A DNA stretch of 64,000 nt from Vicinamibacteria bacterium (GCA_963578725.1 CAUZDS010000001.1:70841-134840); one strand, 5' to 3'. Positions 1 through 9,733 are shown, numbered from the stretch's first letter. Made by a program: numbers and translations. The notes: a model not told the origin generated them from the sequence alone.

Positions 1-626
1 GGCAGCTTGATCCGGAGGCACTCTTTCTCGCTCTCTCGAACACGATCCGGGTCTGCCAGTTGCCGGTCCGCCTGTTCGAGGACCTTCTGAGCGCGTTCAA
101 GCAGGATGTTCGCACGCACAGATACGAGAGCTGGGACGAGCTGCTCGACTACTGCCGGCGGTCGGCGAATCCAGTGGGACGGCTGGTGCTGCGGGTCGCC
201 GGACACGACGACCCGGGTCTCGACCGGACCGCGGACTGTCTCTGCACGGCCCTGCAACTGACGAATTTCTGGCAGGACCTCGAACGAGATCATGCCGCCG
301 GGCGCATTTACGTGCCGGTCGAGGATCGGGCCGCCTTTGGCGCTTTGGAGGCAGATTTGCTCGAGCACCGGCTGACACCGGCCTGGCGCGCAACGCTGGG
401 GCGGGTCGTGGTGCGTACGAGGGAGCTATTCGACCAGGGCCGCGCAGTCTGCGACGGGGTAGACGGTCGTCTGGCGCTGGAGCTGCGGCTGACATGGCTC
501 GGAGGTCTCCGGATCCTCGATCGGTTGGAGCAGAATCGGTTCGACGTGTTCACCGAACGCCCCACGCTCGGTCCGCGCGACGGGATGCTCATCGTGTGGA
601 AAACCCTGACCTGGCGGCGTGGCTAA
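1..626 (+). CDS. hpnC: Squalene synthase HpnC (hopanoid pathway); 5' end lies upstream of the window
   Basis: Frame 3 is open from the window edge. The product carries squalene/phytoene-synthase motifs (NPVGRLVL, LQLTNFWQDLERD, RIYVP). It is followed by hpnD and hpnE. Confidence 0.8.
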   Translation, partial: QLDPEALFLALSNTIRVCQLPVRLFEDLLSAFKQDVRTHRYESWDELLDYCRRSANPVGRLVLRVAGHDDPGLDRTADCLCTALQLTNFWQDLERDHAAGRIYVPVEDRAAFGALEADLLEHRLTPAWRATLGRVVVRTRELFDQGRAVCDGVDGRLALELRLTWLGGLRILDRLEQNRFDVFTERPTLGPRDGMLIVWKTLTWRRG

Positions 627-706
627 CGACCACCGCCCGTTGCATCGAGCTGGCCTGGGTGCCTAGAACCGGAATCCACATTACACTTCCCTGACACAGG
701 CCACCA

Positions 707-1528
707 GTGGCGCGCGACACGAATTTCTACTACTCGTTTCTCGTGCTGCCGGCTGAGAAGCGGCGTGCCATCGTCGCGGTCTGGGATTTCTGTCGCGCCG
801 TAGACGACGCGGCGGACTGCCCACCGGCCGACCGGGACGGCGAATCACCCTCCGAGCTACTGAGTCGCTGGCGGCGCGAGCTTGCGGCCTGCTACGGTGA
901 CCAGCGCCCGCTGACGACGCAAGGTCTGAACCTGAAACCCTACATCGCCCGGTTCGCACTACCTCGCGGCCCGTTCGACGATCTGCTCGACGGGGTTGAG
1001 ATGGACACCGTGACCAGACGATATCGTACGTTCGACGAGCTGTACCAGTACTGCATCCGTGTCGCGTCAGCAGTCGGTCTGCTCTGCATCGAGATCTTCG
1101 GCTTTCGCGACCCTGCGACACGTGACTATGCCGTCGCGCTCGGCGTCGCGCTCCAGCTGACCAACATCGTCCGTGACCTGCCGGCTGACCTCGAGGCCGG
1201 CCGACTCTACCTGCCACTCGAGGACCTCGAGCGGTTCGAGTGTACGGAAGACGACCTGCGCGGCGGGTGCTCAGATCGGGTCGTCGCGCTATTGCGATAC
1301 GAGTGCGGTCTGGCCAGGGCGTACTACAGCAAGGCGCGGTCGGCGCTGCCGTCAGCGGACCGCCGCCGCCTCGTCGCGGCGGAGATCATGGCGGCGATTT
1401 ACTTCGCCATTCTCAAGCGGATCGAGCGGCGGGGCTACGACGTATTCTCCGAGGTCGTTCGGGTCCCGCGGCCCCGTCGCGCCTGGATCGCCGCCACGGT
1501 GTGGCTCAGAACGATGGTCGGAGTGTGA
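707..1528 (+). CDS. hpnD: Presqualene diphosphate synthase HpnD
   Basis: 273-aa ORF with a GTG start. FYYSFLVLPAEKRRAIVAVWDFCRAVDDAAD and LQLTNIVRDL are motifs of the squalene/phytoene synthase family. It is the second paralogue in hpnC-D-E order. Confidence 0.85.
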   Translation: MARDTNFYYSFLVLPAEKRRAIVAVWDFCRAVDDAADCPPADRDGESPSELLSRWRRELAACYGDQRPLTTQGLNLKPYIARFALPRGPFDDLLDGVEMDTVTRRYRTFDELYQYCIRVASAVGLLCIEIFGFRDPATRDYAVALGVALQLTNIVRDLPADLEAGRLYLPLEDLERFECTEDDLRGGCSDRVVALLRYECGLARAYYSKARSALPSADRRRLVAAEIMAAIYFAILKRIERRGYDVFSEVVRVPRPRRAWIAATVWLRTMVGV

Positions 1529-1533
1529 GCCAA

Positions 1534-2904
1534 ATGCGCCGGACGCACGATGTCGTCGTCATCGGCGCGGGCTTCGCCGGGCTCAGCGCCGCGGCAGCGC
1601 TGGCCGAGCGCGGCCTGAGGGTCGTGGTGCTCGAAGCACGGACCAGGCTCGGGGGGCGCGCGACCTCGTTTCGGGACGGGGCGACCGGGGAGCTGGTCGA
1701 CAATGGTCAGCACGTCCTGTTCGGGTGCTATCACGAGACCCGGCGGTTCCTGTCACGGATCGGCGCGGCCGGGCGGTTACGCCTGCAGCCGCAGCTGGAC
1801 GTCACCCTCGTCGATTCCGGCGGCCGGCTTACCCGGCTGGTGTGCCCACCGCTCCGTCCGCCGCTGAATCTGCTCGCGGGCCTGCTCGAGTGGGACGCGC
1901 TCGACTTTCGCGACCGTTGCGCCTGTTTCAGGCTGGCGGGCCCACTGCGCCTCGCACGGCGCGGGCTGCGCGGTGGTGTCCTGGCCGCGTCCCCTGGTGA
2001 AACGGTGACCGACTGGCTCGGCAGGTGTGGTCAGACCCGTCGGTTGCGCGAGCTGCTCTGGGAGCCGCTCGCACTGGCGGCCTTGAACCAGAGCCCAGAG
2101 GTCGCGGCCGCGCCGACTTTTGTGCGCGCGCTAGCGCAAATCAGCGGTACCGAGCCGTCCGATTCCGGTGTGGCTCTGCCGACGCGCCCGCTCGAGGAGT
2201 TCTACGCCGGCCCGGCCAGGGCATTCATCGAGGCGCACGGCGGCGAGGTGCGCACCGGCGTGACCGCACGAGTGCGCTCCGACGGCCAGCGCGTCCAGGA
2301 TGTCGAAGCCGGACACGATCGGGTTCGTGGGTGGGCAGTCATCGCGGCGGTGCCCTGGTTCGCGCTCGGCGAGCTGTTTCCGTCCGGTCCGCCGCCCGCG
2401 CTCGCCGCCGTCTGCGCCGCTGCCGATGCGACCGACTCGTCACCGATCGTCACCGTCAACCTGTGGTTCGACCGTCCTGTGCTCGACCGGCCCTTTCTAG
2501 GTTTGCCGGGCCGGGCCATGCAGTGGGTTTTCGACAAGCGACTGGTGTTCGGCGGCGGGGCGTCTCACCTGTCGCTGGTGTCGAGCGGTGCCTCGGCGAT
2601 CACCGGGTCGTCGAACAGCGCGCTCATCGAGCTGGCCACCGACGAGATGAAGGCGGCGTTGCCGGCGGCGCGTGATGCCTCCGTCACGCGCGCGACCGTC
2701 GTTCGGGAGCCATGTGCCACCTTCTCGCTGGCACCGGGGCAGCCGCCTCGGCCAAGCACCAAGACGATGGTGTCCGGTTTCCTGCTCGCGGGCGATTGGA
2801 TCGACACTGGTCTACCGGGTACCATCGAGAGCGCCGTCATCAGCGGGCACCTGGCAGCCGAGGCCGCGGAGGAGTTGACCCAACGCCGTTCAGATCAACG
2901 GTGA
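1534..2904 (+). CDS. hpnE: Hydroxysqualene dehydroxylase HpnE (FAD-dependent amine-oxidase fold)
   Basis: ATG at 1534 gives the dinucleotide-binding N-terminus DVVVIGAGFAGLSAA. The upstream part of ORF 1240..2904 overlaps hpnD and looks like an Arg-rich shadow frame. Gene order also supports the call. Confidence 0.8.
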   Translation: MRRTHDVVVIGAGFAGLSAAAALAERGLRVVVLEARTRLGGRATSFRDGATGELVDNGQHVLFGCYHETRRFLSRIGAAGRLRLQPQLDVTLVDSGGRLTRLVCPPLRPPLNLLAGLLEWDALDFRDRCACFRLAGPLRLARRGLRGGVLAASPGETVTDWLGRCGQTRRLRELLWEPLALAALNQSPEVAAAPTFVRALAQISGTEPSDSGVALPTRPLEEFYAGPARAFIEAHGGEVRTGVTARVRSDGQRVQDVEAGHDRVRGWAVIAAVPWFALGELFPSGPPPALAAVCAAADATDSSPIVTVNLWFDRPVLDRPFLGLPGRAMQWVFDKRLVFGGGASHLSLVSSGASAITGSSNSALIELATDEMKAALPAARDASVTRATVVREPCATFSLAPGQPPRPSTKTMVSGFLLAGDWIDTGLPGTIESAVISGHLAAEAAEELTQRRSDQR

Positions 2905-2933
2905 TGCGTGGCCATGCCCGGACATCTAGACAC

Positions 2934-4109
2934 ATGCCATCCGTCATCGTTCACTACCATGAGATCGCACTCAAGGGACGCAACCGGCCCTGGTTCGTCG
3001 AGCGGCTCGTGAGCAACATCCGCACCGCGACGGCGGATCTTCGTGGTGTCAAGGTTCGCGCGCTGATGGGCCGGATCGAGCTCCAGCACGCGTCGGACGA
3101 CGACTGGGCCGAGGTGCGCGAGCGGCTGGCGCGGCTGCCAGGCATCGCCAACTTTTCCCGGGCGGTGCGTACCCGGTGCGACATCGACGCGATCGCGGAC
3201 ACGGTGTTGGGAGGCCTCATCGACCGGGAGCCAGAGAGCTTCCGGGTGGTCGCCAAGCGAGCCGACAAGCGGTTTCCGCTGACCTCACCGCAGATCGAAC
3301 GCGAGCTGGGCGGGCGTATCAAGTCGGCTCGTGGCTGGCGTGTGGACCTCGAGCGACCAGAGCTGACGGTGGGCGTGGAGATTCTCAACAAAGATGAGGC
3401 GTTCTGCTACGTCCGAAAGGAGCCTGGCGACGGTGGGCTCCCGAGCGGTGTCAGCGGTCGCGTGGCCTGTCTGCTGTCGGGTGGGATCGATTCACCGGTA
3501 GCGGCCTACCGGATGATCAAACGGGGCTGCCGGGTTCGGCTGATACATTTCCACAGCTATCCGATTCTTTCCCATACGTCGCAGGAGAAGGTGGCTGAGA
3601 TCGCCGAGCGGCTGACCCGCCGCCAGCTCGAGACCAGACTCTATATCGTCGCGTTCGGCGACATACAGCGCACGGTGGTGCTAGCGGTACCGCCTCCGCT
3701 CCGGGTCGTCGTCTACCGGCGCCTGATGCTGCAGATCGCAGAGCGGATCGGGCGCGCCAGCGGCGCTGGCGCACTCGTCACGGGAGAGGCGCTCGGGCAG
3801 GTGGCGTCTCAAACGCTTGACAACATGGCGGTTATCGACTCGGTCGCGACCATGCCGGTGCTGCGCCCTCTGGTCGGGATGGACAAGGACGAGATCGTGC
3901 AGGAGGCCCGGCGCCTGGGTACGTATCAGGTATCGATCGTGCCGGACGAGGACTGTTGCACCCTGTTCACGCCGAAGCACCCGGCGACACGGGCGGGTGC
4001 GCGTCAGGTCGCCGAAGCGGAGGCGGCGCTGGCCGTCGACGCGCTGGTCGAGGCGGCGGCGGCGACAGCCGAGTGGCGCGACCTTCGGTTTCCAGCGCCG
4101 GTGGCGTAA
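2934..4109 (+). CDS. thiI: tRNA 4-thiouridine synthase ThiI (no rhodanese domain)
   Basis: N-terminus VIVHYHEIALKGRNRPWF is typical of ThiI. PP-loop motif LLSGGIDSPVAAY is present. An alternative ATG at 2904 overlaps the hpnE stop by 1 nt. Confidence 0.85.
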   Translation: MPSVIVHYHEIALKGRNRPWFVERLVSNIRTATADLRGVKVRALMGRIELQHASDDDWAEVRERLARLPGIANFSRAVRTRCDIDAIADTVLGGLIDREPESFRVVAKRADKRFPLTSPQIERELGGRIKSARGWRVDLERPELTVGVEILNKDEAFCYVRKEPGDGGLPSGVSGRVACLLSGGIDSPVAAYRMIKRGCRVRLIHFHSYPILSHTSQEKVAEIAERLTRRQLETRLYIVAFGDIQRTVVLAVPPPLRVVVYRRLMLQIAERIGRASGAGALVTGEALGQVASQTLDNMAVIDSVATMPVLRPLVGMDKDEIVQEARRLGTYQVSIVPDEDCCTLFTPKHPATRAGARQVAEAEAALAVDALVEAAAATAEWRDLRFPAPVA

Positions 4110-4152
4110 CCCGGGGTTGCACCGAGACCGGCGATGTTCGATTCCGATACCG

Positions 4153-4597
4153 TCAGTTCCCATCCTTCCACAACGTCTCGCCCTTTATGAACCACGCCCA
4201 ACCAAAGACCCACAATGCCAGCGACTCCAGCCAGAACACAGGCTTGATCGATGCCACGGACGTGTTCTTGAGAAAAGCGAAGTTAGAGTGATCGAAGTGA
4301 TGCACGCCAGGATGATCACACCGCAGGCCACGTAAACGCGGTTTCGAATCTCCTTCTCCGGTGAGGGAGAAGCATCCTTCTTCGTCTTGGTGAAGAGGTG
4401 CAGCGAGAAGTAGGACAACAACAGGAACAGTGCGGTCGCGGAAACGAAGTGCACCGTGTGTATCGCCCTGCTCTCGCTCATGGTGGAAAACAACCCACGG
4501 CAAGCAGCACGGGCAGCAGGACGCCCAAGCTACCGACCACCCGTCTGAGCGTCAGATAGGACACCAATACCCGCGTGCCATCACCGTTCTTGTCCAT
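4153..4597 (-). pseudogene. Frameshifted small integral-membrane protein (conserved hypothetical)
   Basis: Three successive minus-strand frames each carry one piece. Piece 1, 4597->4478: MDKNGDGTRVLVSYLTLRRVVGSLGVLLPVLLAVGCFPP*. Piece 2, ORF 4185..4493: AIHTVHFVSATALFLLLSYF...RNRVYVACGVIILACI. Piece 3, 3' part of ORF 4153..4503: KPVFWLESLALWVFGWAWFIKGE. Hydrophobic helices continue across both frame changes. The region is visibly less GC-rich than its neighbours. Confidence 0.6.
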
Positions 4598-4627
4598 AGA
4601 TGTCGCTCCCAGGCCGTCGAGCGGTGG

Positions 4628-4665
4628 GCGGCTGATCGCCTGCGCTAGCGCAGGCGATCAGCCGC
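4628..4665. repeat. 38-nt perfect palindrome (GCGGCTGATCGCCTGCGC TA GCGCAGGCGATCAGCCGC)
   Basis: Read directly from the sequence: 18-nt arms are exact reverse complements around a central TA. It lies between the NUDIX stop (4757) and the pseudogene start (4597). No T-tract follows on either strand. Confidence 0.9.
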
Positions 4666-4756
4666 GACCCGAAGCATCATCGGTCGCATCGCCTTGTTGC
4701 GCGCACAGTGTGGCTGCCGCCTGTCTCCTGCCTCCCGGTTCCTCAGGGGCATTGCT

Positions 4757-5293
4757 CTACCGGCAGTGGGTGTGCAGGACGCCGGCGAAATAGTCGCGCA
4801 GCGCCTCGCGCGTGCTCCTGAAGGCGAGCTCGTCCCAGGGGATGTCCGCATCGGCGAATGTGCGAATCTCGATACTCTCGTCGTCGTGCTCGAGCTCGCC
4901 GGCCGTCGCCGTGGCCGCGTAGACAATGATAACGGGCGGGCGACCTTCGTAGGAGTAGACGCTCACGAGCCCGTCGAGTCGGATCTCGAGCCCGGCTTCT
5001 TCCCGCGCTTCACGCACGGCGGCGGCAGCCACTACTTCGCCCCGGTCCACGTAGCCACCCGGGAAGACCCACAGGCCGTACCCCGGCGCGATCGCGCGAC
5101 GCACCAGCACTATCCGGTCGTCTGGCATCGTGATGATCGTGCCCACCGCGACCTTGGGGTCGAGGTAAAGCACAAACTCGCAGGCGGTGCAGACGAGCCG
5201 CTCGGGTTCGCCCGGCTTGAGCAACCTCGAAACGAGCGCGCTGCCGCAGACCGGGCAGAAGCGGTAGACGCCGCCATGGTCGTGAGGATGCAT
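4757..5293 (-). CDS. NUDIX hydrolase with N-terminal zinc-ribbon
   Basis: ATG at 5293. Contains CPVCGS...CTAC Cys pairs and the Nudix box GGYVDRGEVVAAAAVREAREEAG. The rest of the 420-aa ORF 4757..6019 is antisense to def. Confidence 0.85.
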   Translation of the reverse strand: MHPHDHGGVYRFCPVCGSALVSRLLKPGEPERLVCTACEFVLYLDPKVAVGTIITMPDDRIVLVRRAIAPGYGLWVFPGGYVDRGEVVAAAAVREAREEAGLEIRLDGLVSVYSYEGRPPVIIVYAATATAGELEHDDESIEIRTFADADIPWDELAFRSTREALRDYFAGVLHTHCR

Positions 5294-5341
5294 GTCGCTG
5301 GTCGCGGCCCGCGGATTGACGCTAACGTATAATCCTGACTC

Positions 5342-5869
5342 ATGTCCATCTTGAAGGTTGCGCGGATGGGGCACCCGGTGCTTCGGACGCCCGCCCGTCC
5401 GCTCGAGCCCGATGAGATCGGGACGCGGAAGATCCAGCAGCTCATCGACGACATGTTCGAGACGATGGACGACAGCCAGGGTGTCGGGCTCGCCGGTCCG
5501 CAGGTCCACGAGAGCATCCGCCTGTTCGTGGCCGGTGTGGACGGCGAGGAGGGGATGATGTCGCCCGTCGTCCTCATCAACCCCGAGGTTACACCGATCG
5601 GCTCGTCGGTCGAAGATGACTGGGAAGGCTGTCTGAGTATCCCGGACATCCGGGGGCGCGTGTCCCGCGCTACCGACATCCGAATCCGAGCGGTCGACCG
5701 TCACGGGCAGGCGCTCTCGATGACGGCGAACGGCTTCCCGGCGCGGGTCGTCCAGCACGAGACCGACCATCTGGACGGCGTGCTGTTCTTCGACCGGATG
5801 ACGTCGTTCGAGAGTCTGTCGTTTCTCGAGGAGTACTCGCGCTACTGGTCGAAGAAGGAAGAGGGTTAG
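5342..5869 (+). CDS. def: Peptide deformylase
   Basis: Carries GVGLAGPQV, EGCLSIP and HETDHLDG, the three canonical deformylase motifs. Confidence 0.95.
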   Translation: MSILKVARMGHPVLRTPARPLEPDEIGTRKIQQLIDDMFETMDDSQGVGLAGPQVHESIRLFVAGVDGEEGMMSPVVLINPEVTPIGSSVEDDWEGCLSIPDIRGRVSRATDIRIRAVDRHGQALSMTANGFPARVVQHETDHLDGVLFFDRMTSFESLSFLEEYSRYWSKKEEG

Positions 5870-7497
5870 CCCTCTGTGCGGCGCTGCCGTCTGCGTTCGG
5901 TGGCGCGCTCGGCGCCCAGCCGCTCGAGCTCGACCGTCGAGTGATCGGTGAAGGTCATCGCGTCGGCGATCGCCAGATGACCGGCCTGCTCGGCGATCAG
6001 CCGGTGCATCCGCTGGCACACGCGGCGATACGCCGGATGGCCCTGCGGCGCGGTCCGCAGCTCGATCACGTGCATCGCCTCCCGCGCATTCATCTGTATG
6101 CGGTAGCGAATCCTGTAGGCCATCGCCAGGGCGTACTGAGCCAGCGTCGTCGATACCTCGCTCAAGGCGCCGTGCAGATCGTGTGTCCGGCTCATTACCC
6201 GATTCCAGTCGTCCGATGCGCCGATTTCCGCGATCGCAGCCGGTTCAGTGTAGCCATTGTCGGCTGACAGCTCCTGCCATTCGATTGTCAGCAACCGATG
6301 GCGCTGAAGGTCCCGGAAGGCGCCGTAGTCAGACAACACGTCGAAACAGTAGGCGGTACGCTCGAACGCGCGGCCCGGCCGATGCCGCCGGTTCGCGCGG
6401 TTGCCGACATACGCGTGTAGCAACGCGGCGCGGTCGTCGGTACTCATCCGCCGCACGATCTCCAGCAACTGGTCGTCAGGCAGACGGGACGACTCGTAAA
6501 GCGCCGCTGCCACCACTTTTACTTCTCCCTCCGGGTCGAAGTCGGTCAGCGCCACCTCGGGCCGTGGGTCCGGCTCTACCCCTTCCAGGAGCCGGCGGGT
6601 GATCTGGCCGGTCTCCCGGCGCGTCTCGGCAAGATACCGGCTCCACCGAACCCCCCGATCTTCCAGGTCGACCCTGGTCAGAAACGCCGGAATCACCTGC
6701 CTCAGCTCTCGGAGCATCCGGTCGGCGCACCCGGTTACTTCGACCAGGGGGTGCGCCCGCATCTGCAGCAACAAATGTTCGAACGCCTGACCCGATCCGA
6801 AGATCCCGACGTTCGAGCGGGTGGCGGCCGGGAGCAACCCCCGGAGCGTGTCAAGCGCCTTGGCTCGGATGGCGGCGCGGTGCACGCCGTCGGCATCCCC
6901 GTCCGCCTTCGGGTATCGCCGGCGAAAGTACTCCTGGGTCGGATCGATCCACCGGGCGTAGGTCTCGAACGCGTCGTCCAGGATCGAGACGTAGCGGGCA
7001 CGTAGGGGGTGTCGTGCGAGCTCCTCAGGAATCAGATACTTCCACCGATCGCCGGGGCGATCCGTGTACGGGACATAACGCGTGGACTGTTCGAGATACG
7101 CCATCAACCGGCCGCGCTCGAGGATCTTGGTCAGGACGTTCGACACCCCCTCGCAGGCGATGTGCGCGCCGCCGAGCTGCGCCACCGAATCGTCGCCGTA
7201 GGCGCCGAACACCCGTTCGTACAGCCGCTCGGCGCGATCGAGGCCAACGCCGTCTGGCGTCGCGCCGTCCGGCACGTCGTCCAGGAACTCGTCCAGAAAC
7301 AGCCGGCGCAGGGACTTTGCCGAACGGGAATACCTGGCGAACAGCGCGCCCTTGACCACCTCGGCAAGATTCCGCAGCGCGAACACCGGCTGGTCGATGT
7401 TCGTGAAGTAGGGTGTCAGAGCATTGCGCTCGTCTGGCGTGAACGACTCGGCGGCAACCACGGGATCGGGCACGCTTATAATTGTCGTCGGTTTCAT
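5866..7497 (-). CDS. Long (543 aa) ThyX-like FAD-dependent thymidylate synthase family protein
   Basis: Full-length ORF with ThyX-type segments (FARYSRS, LQRHRLLT). It is about twice the size of canonical ThyX, and the Ser of the RHRxxS motif is not conserved. Confidence 0.6.
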   Translation of the reverse strand: MKPTTIISVPDPVVAAESFTPDERNALTPYFTNIDQPVFALRNLAEVVKGALFARYSRSAKSLRRLFLDEFLDDVPDGATPDGVGLDRAERLYERVFGAYGDDSVAQLGGAHIACEGVSNVLTKILERGRLMAYLEQSTRYVPYTDRPGDRWKYLIPEELARHPLRARYVSILDDAFETYARWIDPTQEYFRRRYPKADGDADGVHRAAIRAKALDTLRGLLPAATRSNVGIFGSGQAFEHLLLQMRAHPLVEVTGCADRMLRELRQVIPAFLTRVDLEDRGVRWSRYLAETRRETGQITRRLLEGVEPDPRPEVALTDFDPEGEVKVVAAALYESSRLPDDQLLEIVRRMSTDDRAALLHAYVGNRANRRHRPGRAFERTAYCFDVLSDYGAFRDLQRHRLLTIEWQELSADNGYTEPAAIAEIGASDDWNRVMSRTHDLHGALSEVSTTLAQYALAMAYRIRYRIQMNAREAMHVIELRTAPQGHPAYRRVCQRMHRLIAEQAGHLAIADAMTFTDHSTVELERLGAERATERRRQRRTEG

Positions 7498-7542
7498 CGT
7501 TCCGTCAACGGGCCGCGAGCCGCCAGCGCTGAGCTCCCTCCT

Positions 7543-8337
7543 GTGAACATCATCCTCGTTCCGGGCTGCAACACGAATTCCTACACCGGCGCCGGCAACA
7601 ACACTTACCTGATTCCAGGCCTGACGCCGACGTTACTGGACGCCGCGACCGGCGAGGCCGCGCATCTGACTACGCTGGCGGGTGCCCTCGCGTCCGTGCG
7701 CCTCGCCCACGTACTGGTCACCCATGCGCATCCAGACCATGCGGACGGCTGCGACGCCATCGCCGCGCGCTGGCCGGATACCGCCTTCAGGAAGATGCCG
7801 TGGCCTGAGCGTGACCGGCTCCACGCTGTCGAGTGTCTGCCGATCGCGGACGGAGACCTGATCGCCGCCGGTGACGGTCAGCTGCGCGCCATCCACACGC
7901 CGGGCCACGCGCCCGACCACCTCTGTTTCCTCGACGAGACCAGCGGCACGCTCTTTTCGGCGGATCTGGTGGTATTGGGCGGCAGCGTCGTAATTCCCGC
8001 TTCTCGCGGCGGCAGCCTCTCGCAGTATCTCGCGTCGCTGCGGCGCGTGCTGGCCCTGGCGCCTGCGCGGATGCTGCCGGCGCATGGCGCGGCCATCGAA
8101 AACCCGACCGCGGTGCTCGACCGCTATCTGGATCATCGACAGCGGCGGGAGGACGAGATCGTCGCCGCGCTGGGCGCCGGTGACCGGCGGCCGGACGCGA
8201 TCGTCGATCGGGTGTACGAGGGCCTGGAGACCGGACTTAAACGACTGGCGCACGAGAACGTCGTGGCGCATCTGGTCAAGCTGCTGGACGAGGGGCTCGT
8301 CCGATTGGACGACGAGGAATGGAAGCTGGATGGTTAG
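7543..8337 (+). CDS. MBL-fold metallo-hydrolase
   Basis: Carries THAHPDHADG (the HxHxDH motif), then HTPGHAPDH. GTG at 7543 was chosen because the upstream part of ORF 7009..8337 is antisense to the ThyX-like gene. Confidence 0.8.
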   Translation: MNIILVPGCNTNSYTGAGNNTYLIPGLTPTLLDAATGEAAHLTTLAGALASVRLAHVLVTHAHPDHADGCDAIAARWPDTAFRKMPWPERDRLHAVECLPIADGDLIAAGDGQLRAIHTPGHAPDHLCFLDETSGTLFSADLVVLGGSVVIPASRGGSLSQYLASLRRVLALAPARMLPAHGAAIENPTAVLDRYLDHRQRREDEIVAALGAGDRRPDAIVDRVYEGLETGLKRLAHENVVAHLVKLLDEGLVRLDDEEWKLDG

Positions 8338-9571
8338 CTTTCTCGAACGTCGGTTTCACCTCGCCGAGCACGGCACAACCCCGCGTGCCAAGATACTGGC
8401 CGGTGTGACCACGTTTCTGGCACTGGCCTATATCCTCTTCGTCCAGCCGGCCGTGCTGAGCGCGGTTGGGCTCGACTTCAGCGCCGTCTTCGTCGCTACC
8501 TGTCTCGCGTCGGCGTTCGCCACGCTGCTGATGGCTGGGTTCGCCAACTATCCGATTGCAGTCGCTCCGGCGATGGGGCACAACTTCTATTTCGCCTTCA
8601 CGGTCGTGGTGGCGATGGAGGTTCCGTGGGAGGTGGCGCTGGGCAGGGTGGCCGTGGCCGGGCTCCTGTTCATCGCGACGGCCGGGTTCGGTCTGCGGGA
8701 GCGGTTGAGCACCGCCACCCCCCACTCCCTGAAGCATGCGATCGCGACTGGAATCGGTCTACTGATCGCAATGATCGGGCTGCAGTGGGCCGGTGTCATC
8801 GGCGCATCACCCGGTACCCTTGTCACGCTTGGCGACCTGCGCGCGCCGCCGGTCCGGGTGGCGATGCTGGGACTGGTCGTGATGGCGGTGCTCTGGGTAC
8901 GCGGGGTCCGGGCGGCGATCCTGCTTGGCATCCTGGCCTCCACGCTCGCCGCCTGGCTCGGCGGTCTGGTGCGGTTTCAGGGAGTGGCGGGGGTGCCCCC
9001 CCTCGATCCTGCCGACGCTAGGACAGTTCGATATCCTCGGCGCCTTGCGGCCCGACATGGTCGCCGTGATCTTCGCATTCTTCTTTCTGGCCTTGTTCGA
9101 CTCGGTCGGCACCGTCGTCGGTGCCGGTCTCGGCACCTCCACGGTCACCGCCTTCATCGAGAGCGCGAGCGGTGTGGCGGCCGGTGGGCGAACCGGTCTC
9201 ACCGCGGTCGTCATCGCCCTGCTGTTTCTGCTGTCGCTGTTTCTGTCGCCACTGGTCAGTATGATCGGAGGTGGGTACGACGCGGGGGGTCGGATCACCC
9301 TGTACCCGGTGGTCGCGCCGGCACTGATTCTTGTTGGTACGATGATGGTGCGCGGGGTGCGCCGGATCGACTGGGACGACCCGACCGAGGCGCTGCCGGC
9401 GTTCTTGACGCTGATGGTGATGCCGCTCGCGGTCAGCATCACCGACGGTATCGCCTTCGGGTTCTCGCCTACGCGGTGCTGAAGCTTGCCACCGGACGCG
9501 GCGGCGAGGCGCACTGGCTCGTGCATCTATTCGCGGTGCTGTTCCTGGTCAGATACGCCTTGTTAACGTGA
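8330..9571 (+). pseudogene. NCS2/AzgA-type purine (adenine/guanine/hypoxanthine) permease, interrupted by two frameshifts
   Basis: The N-terminal third (FLERRFHLAEHGTTPRAKILAGVTTFLALAYILFVQP) and the C-terminal tail (AYAVLKLATGRG) are in frame 2. The central ~155 aa (SILPTLGQFDILGAL...GTSTVTAFIESASGVAAGGRTGLTAV...GIAFGF) are in frame 0 (ORF 8925..9482). The switches occur at the C7 run 8996..9002 and near 9462..9467. Confidence 0.8.
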
Positions 9572-9733
9572 GCGGTCCCAGACGGCAGGGCGCGTGAGAA
9601 AGGAGTAGCCGGAGGCCCTCGGCAGCGTCTGCCTCAGTCTTGGGCCGGAGTGTCTAACGAGGAGCTTTCAGCGGGCTGTCCTGAATCTCCGAAACCGCAA
9701 CCCGTCAGTGTCTCGTCAGAGAGGTGCGCAAGA

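Noticed and set aside
4757-6019. 420-aa ORF suggesting a much longer NUDIX protein.
   Set aside because: Only the last 178 codons look like a NUDIX hydrolase. The upstream part is antisense to def and compositionally aberrant.
7009-7542. 5' extension of the MBL hydrolase ORF.
   Set aside because: It is antisense to the ThyX-like gene and lacks any MBL-family sequence. The start was moved to the GTG at 7543.
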